Shown here: positions 1 to 9,462 of the stretch, piece by piece | Numbering within the stretch: position 1 is the first letter of the stretch | How the letters are laid out: each line of letters starts with the position of its first letter | NCBI GenBank assembly: GCA_963816185.1 | Contig: CAWFJJ010000030.1 | Location: 480,001 to 544,000 of the forward strand | Length of the DNA stretch: 64,000 bases | DNA from: Thermoanaerobaculia bacterium | Lineage (GTDB): Bacteria > Acidobacteriota > Thermoanaerobaculia > UBA5066 | Direction of reading: 5' to 3' | The notes under the pieces: model-generated | Databases searched by the model: none | Told to the model about the DNA's origin: nothing | What the model saw: the letters and a program-made list of their open reading frames with translations, nothing else | Translations under genes and position numbers: made by a program

Positions 1-311
1 ACACGTGCTTCAGGTGCGGAACCAAGTTCTACGACCTCAGGAAGACGCCCGTTCAGTGCCCGAAGTGCGGCGCCGATCAGAAGGACGCGCCCCCGCAGCC
101 GACGTCTCCCGTCGTCCTCCACGCTGCTCGCCGCGCCAAGCGTGACGAGTTCGCGGACCCGGACGTCTTCGACCGCAACCGCGAGGACGAAGACGTCGCG
201 ACCGGTGAGCCCGAGGACCCCGCCGCCAAGCGCGTCGACGACGACGAGGAGCTCCCCCTCGGCGAGGCCAAGACGCTCGAGGGCGCCGGGGACTCGGACG
301 ACGAATACTGA
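1..311 (+). CDS. FYDLN acid-domain (TIGR02300-like) zinc-ribbon protein, 5' partial
   Basis: Frame from nt 3 reads TCFRCGTKFYDLRKTPVQCPKCG then an acidic D/E tail to TGA at 309-311; not in the ORF track because the start is outside the window. Confidence 0.8.
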   Translation, partial: TCFRCGTKFYDLRKTPVQCPKCGADQKDAPPQPTSPVVLHAARRAKRDEFADPDVFDRNREDEDVATGEPEDPAAKRVDDDEELPLGEAKTLEGAGDSDDEY

Positions 312-371
312 GCCGCTTCCACGCGCGTCGAGTTACGCTTCGGCACTCTGCTCGGGAGATTTTCTTAGAAG

Positions 372-959
372 GTGAAAGAAGCGGTGGCGCGCCCCAGGCC
401 CGTCTTCGTGGCGATCGGAATGGGCGCGAACATCGGCTCCCCCCGCCGCGCCTTTCGCCACGCCGCACAAACTCTCTTTCCCTTTCTAAGAAATCCGAAA
501 ATTTCCCCCATCTACCGCACATCCCCGGTCGGAGGCCCATCCGATCAGCCCGATTACCTCAATGCCGTCATCGCCGGAACGACCTCGCTTCCTGCGAACG
601 CCCTTCTTACCCTTCTCAGAAAATCCGAAATCTCCGCGGGTCGAAAGCCAGGCGGGCGGAGGAACGCGCCGCGCTCCCTGGACCTCGATCTCCTCCTCTA
701 CGGAAACGAGCGGATCGCGACGCAGCGCCTGACGGTGCCGCATCCGCGCATGACGAGCCGATTGTTCGTCCTCGTCCCGCTCGCGGACGTCGCGCCGCGG
801 CGCGTGGTGCCGGGAACCGGAAAGACGGTCGTGCGCCTTCTCGCCGAGACCCGGCGGCGCTCCACGGAGAGAGTCAGGCGGGCGCGGAAAGCGGGCGTGG
901 CGCGGCCGGGCGCTCGACGAGCCGCGCGAGCGCGAACAGGAGAAGGGTCATCCGGTTGA
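372..959 (+). CDS. folK: 2-amino-4-hydroxy-6-hydroxymethyldihydropteridine pyrophosphokinase
   Basis: IGMGANIG, DYLNAV, PRSLDLDLLLYG, VPHPRM..RLFVLVPL motifs; start uncertain (GTG lies inside a motif copy). Confidence 0.93.
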   Translation: MKEAVARPRPVFVAIGMGANIGSPRRAFRHAAQTLFPFLRNPKISPIYRTSPVGGPSDQPDYLNAVIAGTTSLPANALLTLLRKSEISAGRKPGGRRNAPRSLDLDLLLYGNERIATQRLTVPHPRMTSRLFVLVPLADVAPRRVVPGTGKTVVRLLAETRRRSTERVRRARKAGVARPGARRAARARTGEGSSG

Positions 960-2142
960 AGAAGCGGACGGCCAGCGCGGGCTTCTCCACGTCGCCCGCG
1001 AGCACCGAGGTGACGGCCGCCCGTAGCGCGTCGAGCGGGGCCTTCTCGCAGAACAGGCGCGTGAAGACCGGATCGTAGTAGCCGTACACGAACGGGCGAA
1101 ATCGATTCACCATTCGGCACGTGGTCTTCGCGTACTCCGAGAAGTCCGCCGCGTCCACCCGGCCCTTTTTTGCGAGCGCCGCGTCGACGACTCTCGCCGC
1201 GCGGATGCCCGCCGACATCCCGAGGAACACGCCGGTGGAAAAGACCGGGTCGAGGAACGTCGCCGCGTCACCCACGAGCGCCCATCCGTTGCCCGCGTAC
1301 CGCTCCGACGTGAAGGAATAGTCCGAGACCGCCGAGACTCCGGTGATTCTTCGCGCCGACGCAAGGTACTCGCGCATCTTCGCGGACCTTCCGAGGATTT
1401 CGTCGAGCCGTTCCTCGTGCGTCTTTCCAGAAAGCGTCTCGAGGACCTTGGGGTCGAAGACGGCACCCACGGATGCCGAGCCGTCCGAGAAGGGAATCAC
1501 CCAGTACCAGATGTCCGCCACGAACGGCAGCAGGATGTCGCCGGCGCGCTCGCCTTCGCCGCGAAAGGCGCCGTCGAAGTGCGCGTACAGGGCGGCCTTC
1601 CGGAGATTCGAGTCCGGGCGCCTCAACTTGAGGCGAGAGGCGAGAAGGGCCGCCTGTCCCGTCGCGTCGAGGATCACCTTCGCGCGGATGTCCTCGGGCC
1701 CGCCGGGAGACGAAAGGTGGACCCCCACGGCGCGTTCGCCTTGGAAGATCACCCCCTCGGCCTTCAAGCCGCGGCGAACCTGTGCTCCCGACTTCCGCGC
1801 ATGGTCGGCGAGAAGGCCGTCGAAGTCCCTTCGCTTCACGTGAAAAGCAGACGGGTGCTCGGCGTTCCAAGCCTCGCGGAAGATCACCTGGCGCGTGCCG
1901 CCCGTCGTCTCGTTCGTGAAGAGGGCGCCGTATTTCGGCTGAAACCCGGCGGCCCGGATCCTGGGAAGGACCCCCAGCTCTTCGAAGAGGGGCATGTTCC
2001 ATGGGAGAAGCGACTCCCCGATCTTGAACCGGGGCTCGGGATCGCGGTCGACCAGGAGCACCGACCGTCCGGCCCGCGCGAGAGCCGTCGCCGCGGCGCA
2101 GCCGGAAGGTCCGGCCCCGAGGACGAGGGCGTCGACCGTCAT
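874..2142 (-). CDS. FAD-dependent oxidoreductase, flavin-dependent halogenase-like
   Basis: GAGPSG Rossmann motif, FKIGESLLP, GFQPKYGA, WYWVIP, GDAATFLDPVFSTG; ATG at 2142 overlaps the cysE stop (ATGA). Confidence 0.85.
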   Translation of the reverse strand: MTVDALVLGAGPSGCAAATALARAGRSVLLVDRDPEPRFKIGESLLPWNMPLFEELGVLPRIRAAGFQPKYGALFTNETTGGTRQVIFREAWNAEHPSAFHVKRRDFDGLLADHARKSGAQVRRGLKAEGVIFQGERAVGVHLSSPGGPEDIRAKVILDATGQAALLASRLKLRRPDSNLRKAALYAHFDGAFRGEGERAGDILLPFVADIWYWVIPFSDGSASVGAVFDPKVLETLSGKTHEERLDEILGRSAKMREYLASARRITGVSAVSDYSFTSERYAGNGWALVGDAATFLDPVFSTGVFLGMSAGIRAARVVDAALAKKGRVDAADFSEYAKTTCRMVNRFRPFVYGYYDPVFTRLFCEKAPLDALRAAVTSVLAGDVEKPALAVRFFNRMTLLLFALARLVERPAAPRPLSAPA

Positions 2143-3056
2143 CTCGAAGAGCGGACGGAGGCTGGAAAAACGGCGCGCGTCTCGATCCGGAGCTGGTCGT
2201 TCGGAAGCGTCACGCGCGTGCCCGGCGGCACGGAGGACGTCAGCCACACGCTGCCGCCGATGACGCAGCCTTTCCCGATCACCGTCTCGCCTCCGAGGAT
2301 CGTCGCGCCCGCGTAGATGACGACGTCGTCCATGACGGTCGGATGGCGCTTCGTGCCCCGGATGAGCTCGCCGCGCTCGTTCTTCGGAAACGAGAGTGCG
2401 CCGAGCGTCACGCCCTGGTAGAGCTTCACGCGGTCGCCGATGTCCGTGGTCTCGCCGATGACGGTCCCGGTCCCGTGGTCGATGAAGAACGAGCGGCCGA
2501 TGCGCGCTCCGGGGTGAATGTCGACGCCGGTCTCGAGGTGGGCGAACTCGGTCATGATGCGCGGGATCAGCGGCACGCCGAGATCGTAGAGCGCGTGGGC
2601 GAGACGATAGGTGAAGACGGCCTTCACCCCTGGATACGCGAGCACGATCTCGTCGAAGCCGGTCGCCGCGGGGTCGCCGTCGAAGGCGGCCCGCACGTCC
2701 TCGGCGAGGAGGTCGGCGATTCCGGGCAGGGTCTCGAAGAAGCGCGTCGTGAGATCGTCCGCGCTCGAGCTCGGGCCTCCTTCGAGAGGAAGCGCCTTCT
2801 CGATCTCTTTCACGAGCCTCAGGTGAATGTGGAAGAGAACGTCCCCGAGGTGGTCGTGCAGGTTCGCGCGATAGAGCACCGCGTCTCCGTAAAAACCGGG
2901 GTAAATGACCTCCTGCAGCAGCCGAAGGATCTCGATGATCTCCTTCTTCTGGGGCCTCGGCGCCGCGTCGATGGCGGACAGCAAGGGGCGGTTCTCGGCC
3001 TCCGTCACGATGCGGTCGATCGCCGTGCGCAGGCGGTTGTCGCTCACCGGACTCAT
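2139..3056 (-). CDS. cysE: Serine O-acetyltransferase (EpsC/CysE type)
   Basis: GDPAA, DIHPGARIG..FFIDHGTGTVIGET, YQGVTLG, KRHPT hexapeptide region. Confidence 0.93.
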   Translation of the reverse strand: MSPVSDNRLRTAIDRIVTEAENRPLLSAIDAAPRPQKKEIIEILRLLQEVIYPGFYGDAVLYRANLHDHLGDVLFHIHLRLVKEIEKALPLEGGPSSSADDLTTRFFETLPGIADLLAEDVRAAFDGDPAATGFDEIVLAYPGVKAVFTYRLAHALYDLGVPLIPRIMTEFAHLETGVDIHPGARIGRSFFIDHGTGTVIGETTDIGDRVKLYQGVTLGALSFPKNERGELIRGTKRHPTVMDDVVIYAGATILGGETVIGKGCVIGGSVWLTSSVPPGTRVTLPNDQLRIETRAVFPASVRSSR

Positions 3057-3060
3057 TCTC

Positions 3061-3924
3061 TCACCGGCCGGCCCAGTTCTTCAGAAGCTGCGCCGATTCC
3101 TCCTGGGTCTTTCGGTTCTCCACGAGATAGTCCGGATCCGGGGTCTCGGTGAGGATCTTCTCGAGCATCGCGCGCGCCTCGGCCCGGTGGGCGGGCTCGT
3201 AGTCCCACATCGCTTCGGCGAGAAACTGGCGGCCCACGAGGTTTCGCGGCCCGACCTCCACGGCGAGCCGGAGATTCTTCAGCGCGAGAGCGCGCGACGC
3301 CCAGCCCGTGAAGAACGGGATGGCCGGCGTCTGGTGATGAAGCCGGCCCAGAACGCGGTATCCGCCGCCTCCGTCGTACCGTGGGTCGAGCAGGATGACG
3401 GCCTGAGCGTAATCGCGAATCTTCGAGGCAGCCCCCTGTCTCACCGCCGCGGTCTTCCCGAAGGCGAGAGCCCATTTGCCCCAGTCGACCGCGGCCCAGA
3501 GGAACGAGGGGCAGGCTGCGGCGTTTCCCTTGACGTAGGGGACGAGCTCAACGGGGGTCGCACTCGTCAGGTCCCGGCGCGCCTCTCGGCCGGCCTCTCC
3601 CCTCAGGATGATGAGGGTCTGCTCGGCGACCGTCCGCCCTTCGTCGAAGATCGTCCGCTTTTGGGCGACGTCGTTCGTCGTGTGCTCGCCCTTGAAATAC
3701 AGGGCGCGCATGAGGCGCCAACGTACCTCGAGCGAATCCGGTTTTGCGGCGAGAGCGGCACGACAGGCGTCGATCACGAGATCGATCGGGCCGGAAAGAG
3801 CGTGGCCGCCCGTGGAGCCCTCGGCGCGAAGCGCCCAGAGCCGGTCCATGTCGGCGGGCTTCGGAGTCGGCTCGGAAGCACCGAGGAGACCCGGGAGGAC
3901 GAACAGCCAGGCAAGGGAGCGCAT
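3061..3924 (-). CDS. Exported TPR-like helical protein (TatT-component-like)
   Basis: Signal-like N-terminus MRSLAWLFVLPGLLGA; helical repeats such as EVRWRLMRALYFKG and YDGGGGYRVLGRLHHQTP; GGAGG upstream. Confidence 0.6.
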   Translation of the reverse strand: MRSLAWLFVLPGLLGASEPTPKPADMDRLWALRAEGSTGGHALSGPIDLVIDACRAALAAKPDSLEVRWRLMRALYFKGEHTTNDVAQKRTIFDEGRTVAEQTLIILRGEAGREARRDLTSATPVELVPYVKGNAAACPSFLWAAVDWGKWALAFGKTAAVRQGAASKIRDYAQAVILLDPRYDGGGGYRVLGRLHHQTPAIPFFTGWASRALALKNLRLAVEVGPRNLVGRQFLAEAMWDYEPAHRAEARAMLEKILTETPDPDYLVENRKTQEESAQLLKNWAGR

Positions 3925-3937
3925 GGCCTCCACTATA

Positions 3938-3954
3938 CTGGCGCGCCTCTTGCG
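3938..3954 (+). promoter_or_regulatory. sigma54-type -24/-12 promoter for the DUF3467 gene
   Basis: CTGGCGCGCCTCTTGC matches TGGCRCG-N4-TTGC with GG and GC 12 nt apart. Confidence 0.55.
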
Positions 3955-3987
3955 AGGAGGCGCACGCACGAAACACGAGGTGCCGCC

Positions 3988-4311
3988 GTGGCTGACCAGC
4001 CTTCCAAGCCCGAATCCCAGCCTCCGTCCCTCCAGTTCTCGATCGACGACTCGGTTGCGAACGGCATCTACGTAAATTTCGCGAACATCATTCACAACCC
4101 CGCGGAGTTCGTCCTCGACTTCGGGCGCATCGTGCCCGGCCGCAGCGACGTCCGCGTCCTGTCGCGCATCCTCACGACCCCGGTCCACGCCAAGCAGCTC
4201 CTCAACGCCCTTGCCCAGAACGTAACTCTCTACGAAAAGACCTTCGGCACCATCCGCACCGACTTCGAGGCGCCGCGATCAGGCGGCACGGAGTCCTTTC
4301 GGCCCAACTGA
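3988..4311 (+). CDS. DUF3467 domain protein
   Basis: GIYVNFANIIHNPAEFVLDFG...SRILTTPVHAKQLLNALAQNVTLYEKTFG is typical of DUF3467; GAGG before GTG 3988. Confidence 0.85.
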   Translation: MADQPSKPESQPPSLQFSIDDSVANGIYVNFANIIHNPAEFVLDFGRIVPGRSDVRVLSRILTTPVHAKQLLNALAQNVTLYEKTFGTIRTDFEAPRSGGTESFRPN

Positions 4312-4333
4312 CCCAGCAAGGAAATCACGAGCG

Positions 4334-4864
4334 ATGAATCCACGAGCTCTCTCCGCCTGTCTCCTCGGCCTCACCTTTTCCTTCTCGATCGGCGGCCCCG
4401 CGTCGGCGGGCCCGGCCACACAAGAGAAGTCCGGGGCGTCCGCGCCGACGCCCGCCCCTCCCGAGGCCCCCATCTTCGATTCGGAGGCGATCGGAGAAAA
4501 GCAGATCGCCGAGTACCAGAAGGTGTGCCTGGACTCGGGCCGCCGGCTCCTGATCGTCTTCGGCACGAACGACTGCGCCGCGTGCCGCGCGTTCAACCAC
4601 GCGCTCCACAAGGACAAGTTCTTCGAGCCTTTCATCAACCAGTTCGTCCCCGTCTTCGTCGACGTCTCGAGCGGAACGAACGCCCAGCTTCTCGCCCAGT
4701 ACAACATCAATACGCACGCCGAGCAGCCCGGCATCGTGATCCTGATGCCCGACGGGCGCATCATCGAGGTCCTCGCACAAGGCGAGATGGCCGCTCTGAC
4801 TCGAAAAGGAGATGCCGCGGTGCAGGAGTTCTTCCTGGCACGATTCCTCAAGACCGAGAAGTAG
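4334..4864 (+). CDS. Exported thioredoxin-fold protein
   Basis: Signal peptide, FGTNDCAAC (CxxC), FVPVFVDV. Confidence 0.75.
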   Translation: MNPRALSACLLGLTFSFSIGGPASAGPATQEKSGASAPTPAPPEAPIFDSEAIGEKQIAEYQKVCLDSGRRLLIVFGTNDCAACRAFNHALHKDKFFEPFINQFVPVFVDVSSGTNAQLLAQYNINTHAEQPGIVILMPDGRIIEVLAQGEMAALTRKGDAAVQEFFLARFLKTEK

Positions 4865-4900
4865 TCCCGCGGCGCCCCTTCCTCTGGCAAAATCGAGACG

Positions 4901-5512
4901 GTGGCACTCTCCAGGAGCGGAGTCCAGCCCGCGCCAGACCCGGGTGATCTGCTGCTCGTCGCGGCGGGGGACGACGCGGCCCTCACGCGTCTCGTCACGA
5001 GATGGCGCCAGCCGGTCTACGCTCTTTTCGAGCGTACACGAGAACCTTCCGCGGCGGCCGAGGCCACGATCCTGACCTTCGAACGCCTGGTCCTGACGGC
5101 GGAGGACTATGCGCCGGGGTCGCCCTTCCATGCGTTTCTGTGGGGCCTCGTCGCGAAAGTCCTGCAGGACGCGAAAATCGGCGACGTTCTCGAGATTCCG
5201 GCGCTGAAGCTCGCGGACTCCCCTTCCGCGCGGACGGCCCTCGTGCGCTCGGCGATCGCCGCGCTGCCGGCTGGCGAGCGGAGCGCGTTCCTGCTCACAC
5301 GCGTCGCCCGGCTTTCCGTCGCCGCCGCCGCGGAGGCGCTCGGCGTCTCCGAAACGGAAGTACGGCGACGCCTCGTACGCGCCCTCGAGAGTCTTCGGGT
5401 TTTTCTTCGTCCTCTTCTCGAGACCTCGGGGTCTTCGCCGACACGGACCGGCCCCGACGACGCGGATCGAGATGCGACCGGTTCCGACAAGCCGAAGATG
5501 GCAGCGTCGTGA
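4901..5512 (+). CDS. ECF-type RNA polymerase sigma factor (divergent region 2)
   Basis: GDDAALTRLVTRW (region 2 start); LPAGERSAFLL...AAAEALGVSETEVRRRLVRA (region 4 HTH). Confidence 0.7.
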   Translation: MALSRSGVQPAPDPGDLLLVAAGDDAALTRLVTRWRQPVYALFERTREPSAAAEATILTFERLVLTAEDYAPGSPFHAFLWGLVAKVLQDAKIGDVLEIPALKLADSPSARTALVRSAIAALPAGERSAFLLTRVARLSVAAAAEALGVSETEVRRRLVRALESLRVFLRPLLETSGSSPTRTGPDDADRDATGSDKPKMAAS

Positions 5513-6486
5513 CCTGCGACGAGCTGCGCGAACGAATCGTGGACCCGGCGTCGGCCGCGCAGGGCGGGCACGCGCCTGTCGTCGCCCATCTCGAGGAGTG
5601 CTCGGCCTGCCGGTCCGCGGCCCGCGACTACGCCGCGCTCGATCGGCTCATTCGCCCCGCGACGCCCTCAGAACCGCCGTCCGATCTCGAAGTGCGCCTG
5701 AGGCAGAGGCTGACGGTAAGACCCGGGTCGGCGAGGCGAAGCGCCTGGCTTCTCGCGGGCGCCGTGGCCGTGCTCGCGCTCGTGGCGTTCGCGGCTCCGC
5801 GCCTTCTGCGCGGGCGAAGCGCACCCTCGACCGCGGTCGGGGCGGTTTCAGCCCTGCCGGCCTCCGCGGTGCCGGCCGGCGCGCGTTCCGAGGTTCGTGA
5901 GGCTCCTCCGCCGGACATCGTCGCCGTCCACTCGACGCCGATCTCGTTCCAGGAGCCTCCGCTGACGGCGCAGGAAAAGTCCGAGGCGAGGGAGCTCCAC
6001 GAGTTCGATTTTCTCAGCTCGTTCCAGACGCTCGCGCGCCTCGACGCGTTCTTTCCCGAGCCCGTCGGACCGCGCGCGCCGGTTCCGATTCCGGCAGGCG
6101 GGTTCTCGTCGCGCCCTCCCGACTCGCCGGACGCGCTCACGGGTCGCTTCCTGGACTGGCAGCGCACTCCGAAGAAAGAGCGCGAGCGGCTCTTCGCGCT
6201 CGAACAGGCGTTCCGGAACCGCCCCGACGAGGAACGCGCGCTTCTCGAGGACCGATGGACGCTCGTGCGCGATTTCACCGAAGACCAGCGAGCGGGGCTC
6301 CGTCGCCTCGCGAGCCGCCTGGACGACCTCGACGCGCGCGCCCAAGAGCGCCTCGCGGCCGACATCCGGCTCATCGGCCGGCTTCCCAGGGAGGAGCGCG
6401 CGGCGCGCTGGCGGGCGCTCTCGTTTGCGAAGCCGCTCACCGGGCAGGAGCTCGCGAGCGCCGAGAGGCTTCTCCTCTCGCGATGA
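5509..6486 (+). CDS. Putative anti-sigma factor: zf-HC2, TM helix, DUF3106-like C-terminus
   Basis: GTGA overlap with sigma stop; HLEECSAC motif; TM WLLAGAVAVLALVAFA; helical W..L...ER repeats. Confidence 0.7.
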   Translation: MTCDELRERIVDPASAAQGGHAPVVAHLEECSACRSAARDYAALDRLIRPATPSEPPSDLEVRLRQRLTVRPGSARRSAWLLAGAVAVLALVAFAAPRLLRGRSAPSTAVGAVSALPASAVPAGARSEVREAPPPDIVAVHSTPISFQEPPLTAQEKSEARELHEFDFLSSFQTLARLDAFFPEPVGPRAPVPIPAGGFSSRPPDSPDALTGRFLDWQRTPKKERERLFALEQAFRNRPDEERALLEDRWTLVRDFTEDQRAGLRRLASRLDDLDARAQERLAADIRLIGRLPREERAARWRALSFAKPLTGQELASAERLLLSR

Positions 6487-6508
6487 CGGTCCCGTAGACT
6501 CGCGCGCG

Positions 6509-8656
6509 ATGGCTGGACCCGCCTCGAAATCCGAAGCCGTGTTCCAGCCATGGGTGCCGGCCTCGGAAGCACCCGCCGAGCTCACGTTCCGGGCCGTCGC
6601 ACTCGGGTCGATTCTCGGGATCATCTTCGGCGCGGCGAGTGTCTACCTCGGACTCAAGGTCGGCCTGACGACGTCCGCGTCGATTCCGATCGCCGTCATG
6701 GCGATCACGATTCTCAAGAAGCTGGGGAACTCGACGATCCTCGAGAACAACGTCGTGCAGACGGCGGGATCCGCGGGCGAGTCCGTGGCGGCCGCGGTCG
6801 TCTTCACGATCCCCGCGCTCATCTTCCTCGGCTTTCCGATGAGGATTCCCGTGACGTTCCTGATCGCCCTCACCGGCGGCGTCCTCGGCGTCCTCATGAT
6901 GATCCCGCTCCGGCGGTACCTGATCGTGAAGGAGCACGCCGCTCTGCGCTTCCCCGAAGGCACGGCGTGCGCGGAGATCCTCATCGCCGGCGAGCAGGGC
7001 GGGACCTCCGCGCGGAAGATCTTCTTCGGGATCGGCCTCGGTGCTCTCTTCAAGGTGTCCACGAAGCTTCTGGGCCTCTTCAAGGACAACGTCGGACGCT
7101 CGTTCTCTTTCTATCCGGGCTCGCGCCTCGAGTGCGAGACGTCACCCGAGCTCCTCGCCGTGGGGTACATCATCGGCTACGAGACGAGCGTCGTCATGGT
7201 GGCGGGGGGACTCCTCGCCGCTCTCATCCTCGGACCGATGGTCGTCCTGTTCGGCGGCCACCTCACGGAGCCTCTTGCCCCGGCGACGACGCTCATCCGC
7301 GACATGGACTATGCCGGCCTCAAGGACAAGTACCTGAGGTACATCGGCGCGGGGGCGGTCGCGATGGGCGGCATCCTCGGGCTCGTGCGCGCGGCTCCGG
7401 CGATTTGGGACTCGCTCACCGCCTCCGTGAAGCAGCTCCGGGGCGGGTTCGCCGGAGGCGCTTCCGTCGCCCGGACGGAACGCGACACTCCGCTCACGTG
7501 GGTGGTCGGCGGCTCGCTCGCGATCGTCGCCTTCATCACGGTCGTGCCCGTCTTCCGGATGAACGTCCTCGGGGCCGCGCTCATCGTCGTCTTCGGGTTC
7601 CTGTTTTCCGTCGTGTCGGCCCGGATCACGGGCCTCGTCGGCTCGTCGTCGTGCCCGATCTCCGGAATGACGATCGCGGTCGTGATCGGGAGCTGCCTCA
7701 TCTTCCTCGCCGTGGGCTGGACCGGGGCGAGCTATTCCTATCTCGCGCTCATCGTGGCCGCGGTCGTCTGCATCGCGATCTCGAATGCGGGCACCACGGC
7801 GCAGGACCTCAAGACGGGTTACCTCGTCGGCTCGACGCCGCGCTCGCAGCAGGCCGCGATCCTCGCGGGCGTCCTGACGTCCGTGCTGGCGATCGGCTGG
7901 ACGACCTGGGCGCTGAACGCCTCGGAGACGAAGATCACGAGGCTCGCCGCTCCCGTGCCGGTCCCCGCGGCCTCGATCAAGGCCGCCGAGGACGCCAAGG
8001 GCCCCGACGGGAGGGCGTACGCGTTCGTGAAGGTCAACGCGGGGGACGCCGCCTCGCTCGAAACCGGCAACTATCTCGTGGACCGCGCAGCCGGCGCGGC
8101 CGTATTCCGGCGCGTAGACGGCATCGGAAACCGGAACTTCCCCGCTCCGCAGGCGAACCTGATGGCGGTGCTCATCTCCGGGCTTCTCGACCAGAAGCTG
8201 CCGTGGGGTCTCGTTCTCATCGGCGCCGCGATCGCCGTCTTCATCGAGCTCCTGACCGGACACTCGCTCACGTTCGCGGTCGGCCTCTACCTGCCTTTGT
8301 CCACGACGATGCCGATCTTCATCGGCGGCCTCGTGCGGAAGTTCGCGGACAAAAAGTACGGCCGCGTACCCGACGACGCGAGCGAAAGTGAAGGGACGCT
8401 CCTCTCGTCCGGCCTCATCGCGGGCGGCGCGCTCGTAGGCGTTCTCGCCGCGTTCCTGCACTTTCCCGTGTTCGGGCTCGGGTTCGACGAGGACTTCGAC
8501 CTGCCGATGAAGATCGCTCTCGGCCCGAGATTCTGGCCGGGGCTCTTCGGATCGGACGTCCTCCCGATCGTCGCCTTCGCGGGGCTGGCCTATCTGCTGT
8601 TTCGGGGAGCGAAAGCGGAGGGCGTCATCTCTCGGCCGCGGCGAGAGGAGCCGTGA
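6509..8656 (+). CDS. OPT family oligopeptide transporter
   Basis: ELTFRAVALG, YLGLKVGLTTSASIP, ENNVVQTAGSAGES, FPEGTAC, QDLKTGYLVG, PAPQANLMA. Confidence 0.93.
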   Translation: MAGPASKSEAVFQPWVPASEAPAELTFRAVALGSILGIIFGAASVYLGLKVGLTTSASIPIAVMAITILKKLGNSTILENNVVQTAGSAGESVAAAVVFTIPALIFLGFPMRIPVTFLIALTGGVLGVLMMIPLRRYLIVKEHAALRFPEGTACAEILIAGEQGGTSARKIFFGIGLGALFKVSTKLLGLFKDNVGRSFSFYPGSRLECETSPELLAVGYIIGYETSVVMVAGGLLAALILGPMVVLFGGHLTEPLAPATTLIRDMDYAGLKDKYLRYIGAGAVAMGGILGLVRAAPAIWDSLTASVKQLRGGFAGGASVARTERDTPLTWVVGGSLAIVAFITVVPVFRMNVLGAALIVVFGFLFSVVSARITGLVGSSSCPISGMTIAVVIGSCLIFLAVGWTGASYSYLALIVAAVVCIAISNAGTTAQDLKTGYLVGSTPRSQQAAILAGVLTSVLAIGWTTWALNASETKITRLAAPVPVPAASIKAAEDAKGPDGRAYAFVKVNAGDAASLETGNYLVDRAAGAAVFRRVDGIGNRNFPAPQANLMAVLISGLLDQKLPWGLVLIGAAIAVFIELLTGHSLTFAVGLYLPLSTTMPIFIGGLVRKFADKKYGRVPDDASESEGTLLSSGLIAGGALVGVLAAFLHFPVFGLGFDEDFDLPMKIALGPRFWPGLFGSDVLPIVAFAGLAYLLFRGAKAEGVISRPRREEP

Positions 8657-9401
8657 GCGCAGCCTGAGCCTCGAGCTTCGCGATGAGCGCGGCGCGGCGC
8701 GCGGCATCGAGGTTCTCGGAGCCGGCGCGGAGGATGTCCGGGTTGCCGTCGATCGAGCGGCGGAACAGGAAGTCCTGTACCGCCTTCGCGTCGACCCGCG
8801 TCGTCTCGCGTAGCAGCCTTGCCACGGCCCCAACCATCAGCGGATTCTCCTCATCGAGGAGCATCTCGGCGAGGTTCAGCACGGCCGCGGCCTCGCGGTA
8901 GCCGTCCATCACGAGTCCGGTCGCGGCGAGCACGGCAAGATGACGTTTGCCCAGACTCTTGAGCTTCGCCCACTTTTTCACGACGCTCAGCTTCGCGGGC
9001 TCGAGCCTGAGAGCCGGCGCCGCGATGCCGGTCCCGAGAACCTCGGCGACGTCGACATCGTCCGCCACCGCGCTCCATTTCTCGACTCTCGCGAAAAGCC
9101 CGGAAGCGAAATTCTTCTCGTGATGCCCGAGGATCTCGAGCGCCACGAGAATCTCCTCGCGCACCTTGCGAGCCACCGCCGCGTCGACGAGCGCGACCGC
9201 CGCCGAGTATTCCACCGAGGGCCGCGTCTTCCCCTCGATTTCGCGCGCGATCGCCCTCACCAACGTCGGGCGCGCGCCGAGCGCCTTGAGCGGACTCTTT
9301 GAGGCGACGCTCTTCTTGTCCGCTCGTCCGTCCAGACGGGAATCCAAAGCAGACCGAATGTCCTTGAGAATCAGAGCGGCGGAGAGTGCGGGTTTGCCCA
9401 T
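8625..9401 (-). CDS. DNA alkylation repair protein (AlkD-like HEAT-repeat family), divergent
   Basis: LGARPTLVRAIARE, VREEILVALEIL, KKWAKLKS, DEENPLMVGAVARLLRE pattern resembles the DNA_alkylation family. Confidence 0.6.
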   Translation of the reverse strand: MGKPALSAALILKDIRSALDSRLDGRADKKSVASKSPLKALGARPTLVRAIAREIEGKTRPSVEYSAAVALVDAAVARKVREEILVALEILGHHEKNFASGLFARVEKWSAVADDVDVAEVLGTGIAAPALRLEPAKLSVVKKWAKLKSLGKRHLAVLAATGLVMDGYREAAAVLNLAEMLLDEENPLMVGAVARLLRETTRVDAKAVQDFLFRRSIDGNPDILRAGSENLDAARRAALIAKLEAQAALTAPLAAAER

Positions 9402-9462
9402 ACGCAATTCGCAATTCTAGCATATAGGTTGACCAATTTCGGCTCGTGAGACGCCGGCTGTT

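Noticed and set aside
874-959. Convergent 3' overlaps (folK/flavoprotein; OPT/AlkD-like at 8625-8656)
   Set aside because: Common in GC-rich genomes where stop codons are sparse
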